Positions 53,020 through 64,000 of a stretch of 64,000 nucleotides of DNA are shown one piece after another. This DNA is from Callorhinchus milii (taxonomy: Eukaryota), in the NCBI RefSeq assembly GCF_018977255.1, contig NW_024704742.1, forward strand, positions 96,908,001 through 96,972,000. Direction: 5' to 3'. Numbering within the stretch: position 1 is the first letter of the stretch; each line of letters starts with the position of its first letter. Made by a program: the position numbers and the translations under genes. The notes under the pieces are model-generated. The model saw only the letters and a program-made list of their open reading frames with translations, was not told the DNA's origin and did no database searches.

Positions 53020-53512
53020 TTCCGAATGCCCTTTTCGCTGGTCTCCCAAGCTCCATCATGCACAACATCCAGCTGATCCAAAACTCTGCTGCCCACATAC
53101 TCACCCACACTAAACTTTGCCCCCCATCACACCAGTTCTAGCCAGGCTCCACTGGCTCCCTATTGCTGAACAGATCAATTGCAAGATCCTCACACTCGTT
53201 TTCAAAACACTTCATGCCCTCGCAGCTCCCCACGATCTGCTTGCCCCTCAGTCCACAACCTGCAGCCTCCGCTCGATTGGCTCCAGCCTTCGACATGACC
53301 CTTTGTGATCTCTGTTCTACCATCAGTGGCTGCGCTTTCAGCCACTACGCCCTGAAACTCTGGAACACTCCTGTATTCCTTCGCCCATCTAGACCTTCCT
53401 CTTCGATCGTGTCTATGGTCACCCCCCCCCCCTCCCTCCAGCTCAGTGTCGTATTCTGCCACTGTCAAGCGCTCTGGGATGCTACTTTGCTTTATAAATG
53501 CAAGTTGTTGAT
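53020..53512 (+). mobile_element. L2 LINE 3' fragment
   Basis: QLIQNSAA, ITPVLARLHWLPIAEQINCKIL, AFSHYALKLWN; tail tataaatgcaagttgttg. Confidence 0.9.
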
Positions 53513-55292
53513 GTTGGTTCAAGACCTAAGTTGGGAATTTGGGTCCATAATTTAGGTTTTTGTGGGACATTGCTGTGTGCAAAATGTCTGCAGCATTCAG
53601 CTAAAACTTTATACTTATCTACACTTTACAGTAAATACTGTGAAGTATTTTGACAATATGATAAGATTATCAAATGCAAGGATTGTTGAGAATTATATGG
53701 AATGAAGATATGTCTTCATTGTTTGTCTATCGTGCCCCATATAGTTTTTGAAAATCTAACATTGCTTAACGTATTTGAAGTGAACAAGGAGGCCCAACTG
53801 CATGACTTATAAACACTTCATAATATAGGTTTGTGAGAATGTATTGGTGCAAGAGAATGGGAAGTATATTTCTTGTACTCAAAGAACAAATGGTGTTTGC
53901 CAACAAACCCCGGTAAAATTAATCATTTACTTCATGGCTGTTTGTGAGACATTGCTGTGTGCAAATTAGCTGCCGGATTTGACGATAAGTTACACAGTCA
54001 TTGCCCTTTGGAGTAAATCTTGTGAAGTGCTTTGAGATGTCCTCCCAACACTAAAGGCACTATATCAAATATAAGGATTATTATAAAACAGGAAACTGAG
54101 AAATTGTGAGATTTGAAGTATATCAGGTAATGCGATTTTCCAAATAATTCTTGTAAATTGGTATTATTGTGTTAAAATTGTTAAATATTACAAGAATAAT
54201 CTGAAAAATCTGTATGTACCATAAGAACTGGATTTTTCCCACTATGCACATGAGAATTAGTGTTCAAAACGTGGTTTCTGTACAAATAATCCTTATGTTA
54301 GATATAATGCCTTATGTCATTGAGATCTCAAAGCGTTTCACAAGATATGCTGTAAGGTGATTTTTGTGCCCCGAATATGGCAGGCAATTTGTATACGGCA
54401 ATGTCCTACAAATAGCCATAAAATAAGGGAACAATTTTGGGTGATTGTTGGCACAAAGTAGATTCTAGATAGTCTGTTTATATGAGCAAACAGTAAAATA
54501 AAATCCACCCAAGTGAGTTTTTATTTACTTATTAGATATATACAGAGGAACCCTGTCCACATCCTCCCAGAATACCCGTCCTACCTGCTGTAATTCCTCA
54601 AAAGTTGATGCTGTAATTCCCATTGCATATAAGTGGATATAGAGTTTTATACATATAGAAATCTACATATATACACACATATACACATACATTGTAAATA
54701 TATATATGTGTGTGTGTTTGTGTGCAGTTAACATAATTTTGCAAATTAAGTGATGTCAGCAGTGCTGCCTGCACATGCAGTGCACAGGAGGTGAAATCAG
54801 TGGAAACCTGGCTACCCAGAAAGTGGCTATTTTTTGCAACTGAAGTATGAAGTTGTTGAGATATTGGGCTCAGCCGACCCCATTCTTATGAGATTTCCTG
54901 TAATTGACAGAAAATAACAGTATGATTAACTTGGGGATAGTTCTATTATTGCGCAGTGGGATAGAGGCTGTATTGCTGTGAAGAAATATTTGTTTTGCTG
55001 CTCAGCAAGATCAGCTGCATGGTTCATAGCACACTTCCCTTGAAGTCTTTCTATTTTAAACACTCCAGGCTCTTATTGTCCTGGGTAAAGCATATAGCAA
55101 TAAACAGATTGCTTGACGAGATGGACTTGTTTAGGCTTTTATATAACTTCAAACAAATATCGGCATCTTCCTTCTGTGGCACCAATCTACCAAATGTTAA
55201 ATCATTGGTTGCACAAAAGCAGAAATATCAAGAGTAGAAATAACAACTTGTATTTATATAGGGCCTCTCACTTTGGGTATTGTATCAAAGCC

Positions 55293-55606
55293 TGTGGAGT
55301 CCTGTAGCTCAGTGGTTAGAGCACTCGCTTTGCAAGCGAGAGACCTGAGTTCAATTCCAGGCAGAGGGCGAAACCTTGGGCAAGTTTCCTTACTCCACAC
55401 AGAGCCTAATAATAATCCCTCCAAAACCAAAAACAATAATTAAATTGGTCATTTTCAATCTATGACTGTCTGTGGGACATTGCTGTGCGCAATTGGCTGC
55501 CGCGTTCGCCCACAAATATAGTCAATTCACTTTACAGTGTGTTCTGTGAAGCGCTTTGGGACGTCCTCCCGACGTGAAAAGCGCTATATCAAATGCAAGG
55601 ACTACT
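55293..55606 (+). mobile_element. Young tRNA-Ala-derived SINE (short form), inserted into an older L2 tail
   Basis: Near-identical to the 37562 copy; TSD aaagcc (55287-55292 and 55607-55612). Confidence 0.95.
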
Positions 55607-56013
55607 AAAGCCCTTTACAGAGATGTTGCTGGACACTGAGCAGGGACGGTGGTGGAGGAAGCCATAGGCATGATCAGAGAGGTAGGGAAGGATGTAACAA
55701 AGGAAGGAAAGAACTTCCCTGTCCATTTGCAGAAAATTTGACTTTGAAGAGTTGCGTGGTGTTCGTTGAATAGGAGAAGCAGTGTAAAATATGCTGTGGG
55801 ATCAAGGGATTATTCATAAAAATAGATCCTTACAAAAGAGAAATATTAAAATACATAACCTAATTAGGTTCCAAGTTACATTAATTGCATTGTGCATATT
55901 TAACACTCAAAAGAAGCTTGTAATGATGCATGGAGGTCAAATACCATTCTGCATCAGAATATTATTGTTTGGGAAACTGTGTACAACTGTTTGATTTTAG
56001 TGTGTAAGTAATC

Positions 56014-56330
56014 TGCGAAGTCCTGTAGCTCAGTGGTTAGAGCACTCGCCTTGCAAGCGAGACACCTGGGTTCAATTCCAGGCAGGGCGAAACCTTGGGC
56101 AAATTTCCTTACTCCACACGCCTTAAATCCCTCCAAAACAAACAAAAAATAATAAATTAGTCATTTTCAATCCACGACTGTTTGTGGGACACTGCTGTGC
56201 GCAATTGGCTGCTGCATTTCGCCCACAAATATACGGTCAATTCACTTTACAGCATATTCTGTGATGCGCTTTGAGACGTCTAGAAAACGTGAAAAGCGCT
56301 ATACAAATGCAAGGATTATTATTATTATTA
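56014..56330 (+). mobile_element. Young tRNA-Ala-derived SINE (short form)
   Basis: Head folds as a cloverleaf with anticodon loop cttgcaa; (att)n tail. Confidence 0.95.
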
Positions 56331-57244
56331 TCTCATACACAATCCTTGTTTGTTGTGCAGCACAAACAGAATATGCTGTTTCTTCATAGAAGAATACTAT
56401 TGCTTTTGAAGGATTATCAAATGTTATTTCAATTATTTTGAATTTCTTGGCTGTGAAACTATAAATATTGCACCTTTCTGCTTGTGGTATTTTGTCACTT
56501 TTTATAGTGACATTTTTTTGGTCGTTATTTATACCTAATTTATTTATACTGGCAGTCCAAGCTTGCAAGCTTGTTTTGAGAGTAATACAAACTCCTCTTA
56601 AGTTATTTTCTCACCTTCTCTCTGCTGGCATCTCTCCATGTTACTTAGTGTGCCTGGCTGAAATGCTGGGATGAATGTCCCAGATCTTCTTTAAGGCAGT
56701 GACTACTACTGTGATCTGCTTGAGGGAAGCTAAGCCATTATTTTCTTCCCAACCCAAATATGCTAAGGCCATTTGTGGCATGACCACCATTACTAAGGGG
56801 ATGGATAATTACTCCTCCACACACAAAATTCCTAGTTTTCAGTCTCTAGCAAAATAAAAAGCAGAATGTGAGGTACTGCAGTCTTGGGAAGCATGTTCCC
56901 CAGCACCTTGGGTCGTCCTCCTGATGTGAAAGGCGCTTTACAAATGTAATTTTGTTGTTGTTTTTGTTGTTCGTGGGAATTCTAGGCATGTTAGTTAGAC
57001 AAATACTATATTGTAGTGTCAAAGAAGCAATTCAGGAACATTTAATGGGAGTGAAGACCATATATTACTAATGTGAGTTTGAGAGTCAAGTTACACCTGA
57101 TGTTTTGAATTTAGTTAAATATATAAACAAAAGTTAAGTTTATTTATATGTTTTATATTTTATCTGTATAAATCCAAGTTCATGTTGTTGACTTGTTTGA
57201 CAATGAACCAAAGTTGGTGTCTGAGGTAAATTGTCAAGTCCTTC

Positions 57245-57470
57245 AATGAGATGTTAAACCGAGGCCCCATCTACCTGTTCATGTGGGCAATAAAGATCCC
57301 AAGGCATTAATAGTGTCCTGGCCAATAATCCTCCCCCATAAAAAATTGGTCATTTGCTTCATGGCTGTTGGTTGGACATTGCAAAACTCACAGTCACTAC
57401 ACTTCAAAAGGATATCACGTGAGGTTGTCCTCACGACGTGAAAGACGCTATATCACCTGTAAGGATTATT
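57245..57470 (+). mobile_element. Deu-domain SINE fragment
   Basis: atgagatgttaaaccgaggcccc...aaagatccc...gtgtcctggccaa. Confidence 0.8.
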
Positions 57471-58724
57471 TAGGTGTTGTTTATTACATTACGTAAACAT
57501 GGGTAAAAGTTCATAGGATCCAAAATAAGTTGGAAAGAATTGTTTGAAGGGGAGTTGAGGGTAATTATATGAATTGGACTGCTGTGTTCATTGTAGATGA
57601 GAGATTCGGCTACGGCTTTTTGCTGTTCATCTTGACATAATATATGAGAAAGCAGAATGTTATGAGCAAATAGATCTTTCAAACAGATTTGTAAGCAATC
57701 AGATAAATGACATTTAATGTTGTCTCGTACCAAAACAAGAGGGATCTGAGTTTATCTTCTACACACTACATACTATAAGTTGTAAAGTAGTTCTCGAACA
57801 TTTAAAATCAACATTCAAATACAATGGGTGACTTTGTGTATCAACAAATCATGCTGTTTTAAATTGTTGAATTTTTCTTGGTTAATCTTTTTTGGTGTGA
57901 TGTTGCCTGGAGGTTGTTTTTCTCGTTGTTGTGATTTCTGATTTGTAATTTCTTTTCATCTTGTATTTTTCACAGCTGAAGCACTGTCCTTCGGTGGCAA
58001 TAATGAATATAAGCTGGAAGCTTTTGGGAGACTGGAGAAAAGAATTAGCTAACTATGTAACTGATGTAACCAAAATGGCAGGGACCAACCATTTTAATGG
58101 ATTTTAAACTGATGGGGTCCATCACGTGGGGACCTTTGGTAGAACAGGAGAGACTGTTCTAATAATACTATTGAGAAAGAACCTGCTGAACTATCTAAGA
58201 ATTAAATTAATAATAATAATCCTTGTATTTGATATGATGCCTTTCACGTCAGTAAAATGTCTCAAAGCACTTCACAGGATACAAACTGTAATAACTGTAA
58301 TTTTCACATGAAGTCCAATTTATATAGCAAATTAAAAGGTTTCCAAGCACCTCACAAATAGCATTTGTTTTTTAGATAAACCTTTGCAGCCGATTGCACC
58401 AGCAAGATCCCACAATGGCTACAAAGTGAACAACCAATTAACCTCTGGTTTATTGACCCAACAATCAAATATTACTTATATTGCTGATTTCAGTGGTTGC
58501 ATCTCTGTGCCGCTGGGTCTGTTGGGTGTATGGAAAGCTATTAAAGGTTGCTCAGAAAACTGCATTGTGGCATTTAGTGCAGAAATGTGTATGCAATTAT
58601 CTCTTGTCTGTGGAAAAATAATTCACTCATGTTTTGGTTGAAGCGTATCCAATATCAAAGAAAAATCTGTTTCAAGATTTGACAGCCCCATAGGAGTATT
58701 GTTAGAATCCTGAGATGATGCTTT

Positions 58725-59152
58725 AGCCTGGCTCGGTTGGTAGCACTCTCTCCTCTTGAGTTCGAAGGTTATGAGTTCAAGGCCCATATCGGCACTTTTA
58801 ACCCATATCAGCTATGCAGGCATTCCAATGACATGCGGGGGTGTGCTGCATTGAGGGGGTGTGCGGATGAGATGTTAACAGAGGTCCCATCTGCCAGTCC
58901 ACATGGACTCTTAAAGATCCCATGACATTATGAGAAAAGAGAGGGAGTTCTCCTGTTGTCTTGGCCGACAATTCCCTAAATAAAATTGGTCACTCACATC
59001 ATAGTTGTTTGTTGGACATTGATGTGCACAAATTGGCTCTCATGTTCACCCACAAAATACACACAGTCAATTACAGCACTTTATATCCTGTGAAAACCTT
59101 TGTGGCGTTTCGATGTTATGGTAAGGCGCTATATCAAATGCAAGGATTATTA
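58725..59152 (+). mobile_element. Full-length Deu-domain SINE
   Basis: gcctggctcggttggtagcactc...gagttcaagg; ggatgagatgttaacagaggtccc...aaagatcccatg; tail gcgctatatcaaatgcaaggattatt. Confidence 0.88.
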
Positions 59153-59714
59153 TGTTGATGGAGCCCCCCCTCCCCCAGTTCAGAGTAAATGAACCTTGGG
59201 ATTTTAATCTCCAGCCATTTGTAGTACCCATGATTATTTGAAACATTTAATTGTTCTAAATTCTTTCAAATTGCAAACAGGAAGTTTGAATCCCGATGAT
59301 CATGGATATTATTAGTTATTTTTTAAACCGAACCTTGTTTTTATTTAAAATAAAGATTCTAATAGTAGACAGGAGGTTGTGATCCCTGATCTAATTGTTC
59401 ACAGTTTTACTTCTCGATTTCCCGTTATATTTTTTAAAACCGCTTTTAAGGTTTAAAATTGATTTTTTAAAAGTTGCCAAATGATGAAGCTGGTACAAGG
59501 GGCCAAATCTTGTGGGGCTCCAGTTCTCTATCTACATGCAATTTGGGTTTAAAAGCTTTTTTTTAAAAAGAAAAGCAGAATTACAAGGGATATTTTTCGA
59601 ATAGGATCATTGGCCTCAAAGGACCTTAGAAGTGAAGTACAGACCAGCAGGGTGAGTCTGGTGGGAGGAGCAGGTGACGGGCAGCCAGAGGGGAAAAACT
59701 GAGGCAAGAAGACA

Positions 59715-60095
59715 TGGGATGTCAAAGGTTATTATGTTAACGTCCATGTCAGGACTTTGAGCTAACAATATAGGCTGACACTCCAGCAGAACCTCCTTGG
59801 AGCATTGTTCAAAGAGACGTTCTTAAGATGAAACGTTAAACCAAGGTCCTGTCTGTCTGTTCAGGTGGATGTTAAAAATCTCATTGCAATATTCAAAAAT
59901 AGAAGGGTGTTTCTCCCAATGTCCTGGCCAATAATCCCCTAGATAAAACAGTCATTCACTTAATGGATGTTTGTGGAAATTGCTGTGTGCAAATTGACTG
60001 CAGCTTTCATCTATAAAATACAGTCACTACACTTTACTGTGAATCCTGCAAGCTCTTTCAAACATCCTTCTGCTGTGCAAATGCAAGGAATATTG
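59715..60095 (+). mobile_element. Deu-domain SINE, degenerate
   Basis: gatgaaacgttaaaccaaggtcctgtctgtctgttcaggtggatgttaaaaatc...gtcctggccaa. Confidence 0.8.
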
Positions 60096-60559
60096 TTGTG
60101 TGGGAGGAGCAAAGAGCAACTGCTAGAGCTGGGAAGGTGGAGGCAAGGTATCCAGATGAAAGAAAGAAAATGAATAAATGAAGGAATTTCTTACTTGAAG
60201 ATTGGGTAAGAGGAGCACATTAAAACTCCTTTATGTCTGACAAAAGCAAAACAATTGAAGTTAAAGTACAGATCAGCCATGAGTTAATCCAACTGGTGGC
60301 TTGACGGGTGATCTTACCCAGCCCTAGACCATTTCCAAGTTCGCTCCCTCCCTGCCTGGCGAATGTCTCCCCAGGGCAGTGGCAGGAGCCGGTGGTTAGG
60401 CGGATACAGCGAGGAAAGTGGAATTAACATCAGCCCATACTGCAATGTGTTCCTGAGCTGAGGGGAAGCAAATGAGAGTATGAGAAGGGAGAGAGTATGT
60501 GAGAGAGGGAGAGAGATTGTGTGAGCGAGTGCGTGAGAGAGAGGTAGAGAGAGTAATTG

Positions 60560-60936
60560 AATAATAATAATAATAATAATCCTTGCATTTGATATAACGC
60601 TTTTCACATCTTGTAGACGTCTCAGAACACTTCACAGAACATACTGTAAAGTGAATTGACTGTTTTGTGGGCAAAACGCGGCAGCCAATTGTGCACAGCA
60701 GTGTCCAACAAACAGTTGGGGATTGAGTAAGCAAATTATTTTTATTTTTTCTGAAAGAATTATTATCCCCAGAAAGCAATCCACTTATTGACTAATAACT
60801 GGGTTCCTATTTGCTGCTAGGTACAGAGGTGTGTAGAAAAGGAAACTTGCCTAAGGTTTCGCCCTGTCAGGAATCGAACCCAGGTCCTCTCGCTTGCGAG
60901 GAGAGGGCTCTAACCACTGAACTACAGGACTCCAGA
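60560..60936 (-). mobile_element. tRNA-Ala-derived SINE (long form)
   Basis: Same head and tail as the short form, plus an extra central segment (~60755-60830). Confidence 0.9.
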
Positions 60937-60949
60937 AGCTACAAGACTC

Positions 60950-61140
60950 CACTCCTTTCACTCAGCGGGCCCTGGCCTGCTCCATGTCTCCCACCCCGCC
61001 CACTCCACCATCAGTGGTCGGGCCCTCAACCTCTATGTCCAGACCCTCTGGAATTCCATCCCGGAGTCCCTCCGCCTCGCTCTCTCCCTTTCATTCTTCG
61101 AGGCCAGTCCCAAGACCCTCCACTTCGACCATTGACTTAG
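60950..61140 (+). mobile_element. L2 3' fragment
   Basis: ccaccatcagtggtcgggccctc...ctctggaattccatccc...caagaccctccacttcgacc. Confidence 0.8.
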
Positions 61141-61399
61141 TCTGGGACTGTTTAACTCCCATTGTCATGTCAAATGTATTCTCCAGATCCTGCTTTGTGT
61201 GTCAGTGTCTCTCTCTCGCTCTCTTTCTCTCACTCTCAGTGAATAACCTATGGGTATTCAGGGAGTGTGTTTTTACCTGGCAGTTTCCCAGGTTTAATAA
61301 GAATTTCTTAGAAAGACAATTACAAAGAATGCTATCAGAAAATTAGGTGAGGGGGAGAGAGAGAAATAAAACAAGTGCGAGAGAGAAGGAGAACAAGTG

Positions 61400-61520
61400 A
61401 GGACAGTGTTTCGTGGTTCAGTGTCAGGACAAACAATTGGAGCCTTGGACCACTATGATCTAATAGATTGGCGGAACAGGCTCGAGGCTGAATGGCTTCT
61501 CCTGTTCCTATGTTCCTATA
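61400..61520 (+). mobile_element. CR1 LINE 3' terminus
   Basis: ggcggaacaggctcgaggctgaatggcttctcctgttcctatgttcctat, with an 8-bp tandem tail typical of CR1. Confidence 0.8.
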
Positions 61521-63181
61521 AAACAAACCTTCTCATGGAAAAGGTGATAAATTAAGCATGCCTAAGAGCTTCTTTAGCTGTAACAAAAATTCCTGAGACT
61601 TTAAGGAAGTGTTGTGAGATCACAGCTGAACTTTAGTCAGTGGATACATTTACAAATTTAAGTTTTAAAAGGACAACATTCTATCATATGTTTTGAGCGC
61701 TCTGGAACACTACCCGACGTAAGGGGCGCTATATAAATGCAAATTGTTGTTGTTGTACATCATGCCTGACCTGAATGCAATAAGTAACTGCGTAAACTCT
61801 AATAAAACCTGCAGCCTTTTCCACAGCTCCCATTTAATGCAGCTTTATCATGTGCTTGTAACTCTCCAGTATTTTCTCCTTTTCTACCATGTCCCTGAAG
61901 ACACTGAAGTGCTCTCTCTTAAGTGGGAACATTGCCCAGATTTGAATTCATGATCATCTTAGCTGAGATTCAAACATTCCTATTGAAATACTAAAGTTCA
62001 TTGAGGGATACGTTGCTCAATTGGAATGTACAAATTTAATCTGTTATCCAGCAAGACTAATGCTAGCCAATGCAGAGATTTTCCATGAAGCTATAATAGG
62101 TAATTTCTCCAATTCGCTGAACTGATGATTGAATTATAAACTGGGAAATCAACTTCCTGGTGTTAGCAATTCTGTCTCCAGAGATGTGTAATTTTAGATA
62201 CATGAATTTTCTCCAACTCATTGGCTCATCTCCCATAGAGTACAAGTAAGGGCAGATTGCTATTCAGACTTGTACACAGTATACTCTTTAGCACAGGGGT
62301 AACTATTTCATATACTTTCTTATAGCACTTTTACCATGGCAAAGTCACTTAGGCAAGAACTTCTGCCATTTAAGTTTCACTTTGCTTCCTTTTGCAAACT
62401 TGAAATGGGACATACAAACATGAAACAAAGATTGGTCATTCATCTTATCCTGTTTGTAGGACATTGTTGGCACATGTAGGTTAGCTCCTGCAGTTCTTTA
62501 TAGAAATCACCATCCTTTATAGTTGCATATTGTTGAGGTGCTGTGTGATGCTTTGATGTAATAAGCACTGTACCAAATGCAAGTATTATTATTTGCTGTT
62601 TGAAAAGATGAACAAGAATATATGATTTTTGCCACTAAACTATTTTGATATCTCAAAGATTATTCTCCTTTAGGTAATTATTGCTACTTTTATGAGGTAG
62701 TAGCTATTGTCACTTCTGAAGGAAAATATTGTCATCTTTGGAGACAACAGCATGCTACTGGCAAGCTAATTGCCTGCTGCTTGATCCATGACTGCTGGTT
62801 TCATGGCTGTCATATTTTCTGCCAAGGGTAGCTGACCATTCAATTTGCAGTTTCAGCATTAACAGCCTGTTTGGAGATATCCAACAGGCAGAAAAATACG
62901 ATAAAGAGTTGGAACTTAGAAAACACCACACATGGGCAACTAAAGTTCTATACAATAAACAGGTAAATGTCAGGCATTAACACCAAATGTTAGTTTATGT
63001 AACATAAACTAAATACAGCATTAATGCATTTAAACCTGTTACCACAAGGTTGCTGTGCTTCAGTCTCCCTGATGAGATGATCAGCCCTTGAAATTATAAG
63101 CAAGTTAAAGTGACACACTTTCTAAAACAAGGTTTTTACTTCTGAGACCACAGAAGCTCCTTCCTGCTTGTTAAACATGTC

Positions 63182-63792
63182 AATTAAGAGATGGTGACAT
63201 GCTTCTACTGGCAATTCTAACCCTCCAGGGTCTTGCCCCACCCTACCTCTGTGACCTCCTAAAGTCTTATCAATCTGCCTGCTCCCTCTACTCACCAGGC
63301 ACTGGCCTGCTTCACATTCTCTGCCCTGCCCATCCCACCATTGACAGTTGGGCCTTCAGCCTTTCTGCCCTCACTCTCGGGATCTCCATCCTGGAGTCCC
63401 TTTACTGCTTTTCTTCCCTCGCCTCCTTCAGGGTCTGTCGCATGACCTTCCTTTTTGACCAGCTTCACGGTCATCTTCCCCCCACCCCCGTGGCCGCCAA
63501 CCCTCTGAATCCAACCTTGTTCTTGTTGAACATTACATGATTTGCAAATAATACGCAGCGTAACCAATTCTCTGCAACCATTGTGCTATGTTTCCATAAC
63601 CTTGTGCTTTTTTATAATGTGTCATGGCATCAGCAACTTCATATGAAATATGTTAATATTTCTAACTTGTCAGCATGCAGATATAACCTTGTAACTTGCA
63701 GATTGATAAGACTTTAGGAGGTCACAGAGGTAGGGTGGGGCAAGACCCTGGAGGGTTAGAATTGTCAGCAGAAGCATGTCCATCTTTTAATT
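63182..63792. repeat. Inverted duplication with ~97-bp arms (63182-63278 and 63698-63792)
   Basis: aattaagagatgg...ctaaagtcttatcaatctgc versus gcagattgataagactttag...ccatcttttaatt; few differences. Confidence 0.93.
63200..63500 (+). mobile_element. L2 3' fragment
   Basis: LQGLAPPYLCDLL...WAFSLSA...SFR....TFLFD. Confidence 0.8.
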
Positions 63793-64000
63793 CGCTCAGG
63801 CTGATTTATTTTACATATTAAAAGATGGCTCAGTTGATGAAACCACTGCCTAAATGTGACTCTTGATTTAAGCAGATCAAAACATAATCAAATGTGAAGA
63901 TTGTTGTAAGCTCTTAAGATTTGATCTATGATCCGTGTTAAGTGATGTTAATTGGAGCACTAGGTAAGGTATCAGCCTGGCAAGGTATCAGCCTGACTCA

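Noticed and set aside
55355..55400. HDV-like ribozyme suggested by gggcgaa in the SINE
   Set aside because: Those bases are explained by the tRNA acceptor stem, and I could not build the nested double pseudoknot.
62990..63012. 11-bp-arm palindrome ttagtttatgt-a-acataaactaa
   Set aside because: Short and AT-rich; plausibly chance or a trivial fold-back.
63966..63995. 14-bp tandem repeat aaggtatcagcctg x2
   Set aside because: Simple slippage duplication at the window edge; not an array.
1..64000. Other Gq-alpha exons, CRISPR arrays or operon-like systems
   Set aside because: No exon 1 or exon 3 peptides recognised in the ORF track or by eye (short exons could be missed). Recurrent motifs are dispersed retroposon tails, not regularly spaced repeats, and the DNA is vertebrate intron.

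Overview
Eukaryotic, AT-rich vertebrate genomic DNA. The mix of L2 and CR1 LINEs with Deu-domain and tRNA-Ala SINEs suggests a cartilaginous fish such as a chimaera (inference). The only host coding sequence I can support is one 185-bp internal exon at 27856-28040 (+), exon 2 of a Gq-class G-protein alpha gene (most likely GNAQ; GNA14 not excluded). The rest of the window is probably its large introns 1 and 2. These are filled with L2 fragments (one keeps ~300 open codons of RT with a mutated catalytic Asp), old CR1 fragments, two SINE families that share an L2-type 3' stem-loop tail, and one full-span but decayed hAT/Charlie DNA transposon with a perfect 8-bp TSD. I found no convincing new multi-gene system. 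The most notable unexplained structures are a perfect 29-bp-arm hairpin (5991-6058), a direct-plus-inverted templated rearrangement (16921-17669), a ~265-bp direct duplication, a ~97-bp inverted duplication across an L2 junction, a consensus CTCF site, and a modular series of SINE variants. Repeat boundaries were read by eye and are approximate unless TSDs are quoted. Most short ORFs in the track are spurious or repeat-derived.
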